64,000 nucleotides of DNA, from assembly GCA_002315555.1 (NCBI GenBank), contig DCHF01000030.1, forward strand, positions 1,537 to 65,536, in the 5' to 3' direction. The DNA comes from Lachnospiraceae bacterium UBA1759 (GTDB taxonomy: Bacteria > Bacillota > Clostridia > Lachnospirales > Lachnospiraceae). The notes beneath the pieces are model-generated. The model did not search any database. It was not told the origin of the DNA and was given only the letters and a program-made list of their open reading frames with translations. Numbering within the stretch: position 1 is the first letter of the stretch; each line of letters begins with the position of its first letter. The translations under genes and the position numbers were made by a program. Positions 63,261 through 64,000 of this stretch are shown piece after piece.

Positions 63261-63704
63261 ATGATTACGAATTGGGAGAAGGTCACACTGATTCCTGAAT
63301 TTGTTGACCAGGGTGTTGATTGTTATCGTTTGGGCGGAGTAGATTTCCTGAATGAATATTATGTTGTATCTGAGGCAGAGACTCGTAAGCTGATGAATCG
63401 TCCGGAGATTGTTGGTTATGAAGTTTACAAGAGCCTTGTAAATGCAACCTCTCAGATGATGTATTTTCTTAAGGATAAGAAACGTATCACCAGTGCTAAT
63501 ATTCTGTCAATTTCCGCCGGGGCGCTTTTTATTTGTGGAAGGTCGCGTTTGTCACGGGACGATCGATTCGTATCCGGTGTACCGGCTGACCGGCGGAAAA
63601 ACGCAGGATTCATCTTTCGATGTACTTCTCAAACCGGAACATTCCGTCAAAGTCCCCGCCCTTTCCGCTGTCCGGATCGTGCGGGTCGGGGTGCTTCTCA
63701 TTGA
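63261..63704 (+). CDS. Hypothetical protein; only about the first 85 codons look native
   Basis: Good RBS (GGGGGAGAGAG). After about nt 63510 the frame runs into GC-rich sequence and overlaps the convergent GNAT gene by 95 nt. The C-terminal third is R/G/P/S-rich. Confidence 0.35.
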   Translation: MITNWEKVTLIPEFVDQGVDCYRLGGVDFLNEYYVVSEAETRKLMNRPEIVGYEVYKSLVNATSQMMYFLKDKKRITSANILSISAGALFICGRSRLSRDDRFVSGVPADRRKNAGFIFRCTSQTGTFRQSPRPFRCPDRAGRGASH

Positions 63705-64000
63705 AGAATTCCACGATGTGGAACCCGCACCGGTTCACGTAAAAATGAATGTTTCGCTTTTCAAAATAGGGCGTGCAGGTCTCCCAGACCGTGACCTCCG
63801 GGTACAGGGCTTCCACTGCGCACCAGGCCGCATAACCGATGCCCTTGCTGTGCGCCGTGGGCGTGACAAACAGAAGTTCCAGTTCGCCGTGGGCCCCGTT
63901 AATCCTGAGAACCAGTCCGCCGTAAACTACGCCGTCAACAACGATCCGGTAAGCGGTACCGCCATCGATGGACCGCTCGATCGTCTCCCGGGAAATGATC
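63610..64000 (-). CDS. GNAT-family N-acetyltransferase (5' end outside the window)
   Basis: My minus-strand translation reads ..ISRETIERSIDGGTAYRIVVDGVVYGGLVLRINGAHGELELLFVTPTAHSKGIGYAAWCAVEALYPEV...NRCGFHIVEFF.. The (Q/R)xxGxG/A-like acetyl-CoA motif is HSKGIGYA. The track shows only the last 68 aa. Confidence 0.75.
   Translation of the reverse strand, partial: IISRETIERSIDGGTAYRIVVDGVVYGGLVLRINGAHGELELLFVTPTAHSKGIGYAAWCAVEALYPEVTVWETCTPYFEKRNIHFYVNRCGFHIVEFFNEKHPDPHDPDSGKGGDFDGMFRFEKYIER

Noticed and set aside
1-64000. A whole-window search for tRNA, rRNA, CRISPR-Cas, toxin-antitoxin pairs, restriction-modification or other defence genes, reverse transcriptases, transposases or prophage modules.
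   Set aside because: No intergenic region contains tRNA-like T-arm or acceptor signatures. All sizeable ORFs are accounted for by metabolic, transport or regulatory families. The only mobility-related sequence is the decayed serine recombinase.

Overview
The window is a 64-kb chromosomal segment whose signals and gene content look like an anaerobic Firmicute or Clostridia-type bacterium. The signals are AGGAGG-type ribosome-binding sites (RBS), lipoprotein solute-binding proteins, an ECF transporter behind a TPP riboswitch, and many intrinsic terminators. That taxonomic placement is inference only. I call about 55 protein-coding genes, 2 gene remnants, 1 riboswitch, and a set of terminators, promoters and operator-like repeats. 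I found no rRNA, tRNA, CRISPR array, intact mobile element, phage module or recognisable defence system.

Gene content from left to right:
- 1-2.7 kb: polysaccharide-synthesis genes (MurT-like ligase, CapD-like dehydratase).
- 2.8-5.8 kb: a TIM-barrel isomerase, serS and a conserved hypothetical.
- 5.9-9.9 kb: TPP riboswitch followed by ykoF-E-D-C.
- 10-17 kb: a mannoside module (mutarotase, an unassigned 730-aa protein, GH38 alpha-mannosidase, esterase).
- 17-19.4 kb: MATE exporter and MBL-fold hydrolase.
- 19.5-30.6 kb: an 11-gene same-strand ureide/hydantoin-type catabolic operon with a TctCAB transporter.
- 30.6-34.1 kb: LysR regulator with an acetolactate-synthase-like gene and an aspartate-dehydrogenase-like gene.
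- 34.8-39.7 kb: a GH42-like gene, an Fe-ADH gene and two tandem HypB-like GTPases.
- 39.6-44.3 kb: enoate-reductase-like, amidohydrolase and GPH transporter genes.
- 44.5-47.2 kb: small metabolic and regulator genes.
- 47.3-53.0 kb: an AT-richer maltodextrin locus (LacI, malQ, ABC transporter) next to a decayed serine-recombinase gene.
- 53.6-57.0 kb: acetamidase, a DUF998-like membrane protein and a GH63-like hydrolase.
- 57.2-59.8 kb: PaaI thioesterase, a CooC-like ATPase and a Cys-rich Fe-S protein.
- 59.9-64.0 kb: a LysR fragment, nadE, a rhodanese protein and a partial GNAT acetyltransferase.

The window is compositionally mosaic. The sharpest joint lies inside an intact serS gene, where leucine codons switch from CTT/CTC to CTG within about 45 nt.

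No clearly novel system is proven. The best candidates for something undescribed are two orphan metallochaperone-type modules with no recognisable client enzyme in the window: the tandem HypB-like pair in an ADH/GH42-like operon, and the Cys4-extended CooC-like ATPase with a 383-aa Fe-S protein. The unusual ureide-type operon headed by two unassigned genes and a leader terminator is a third candidate. All family assignments come from reading motifs by eye and need HMM or BLAST confirmation.
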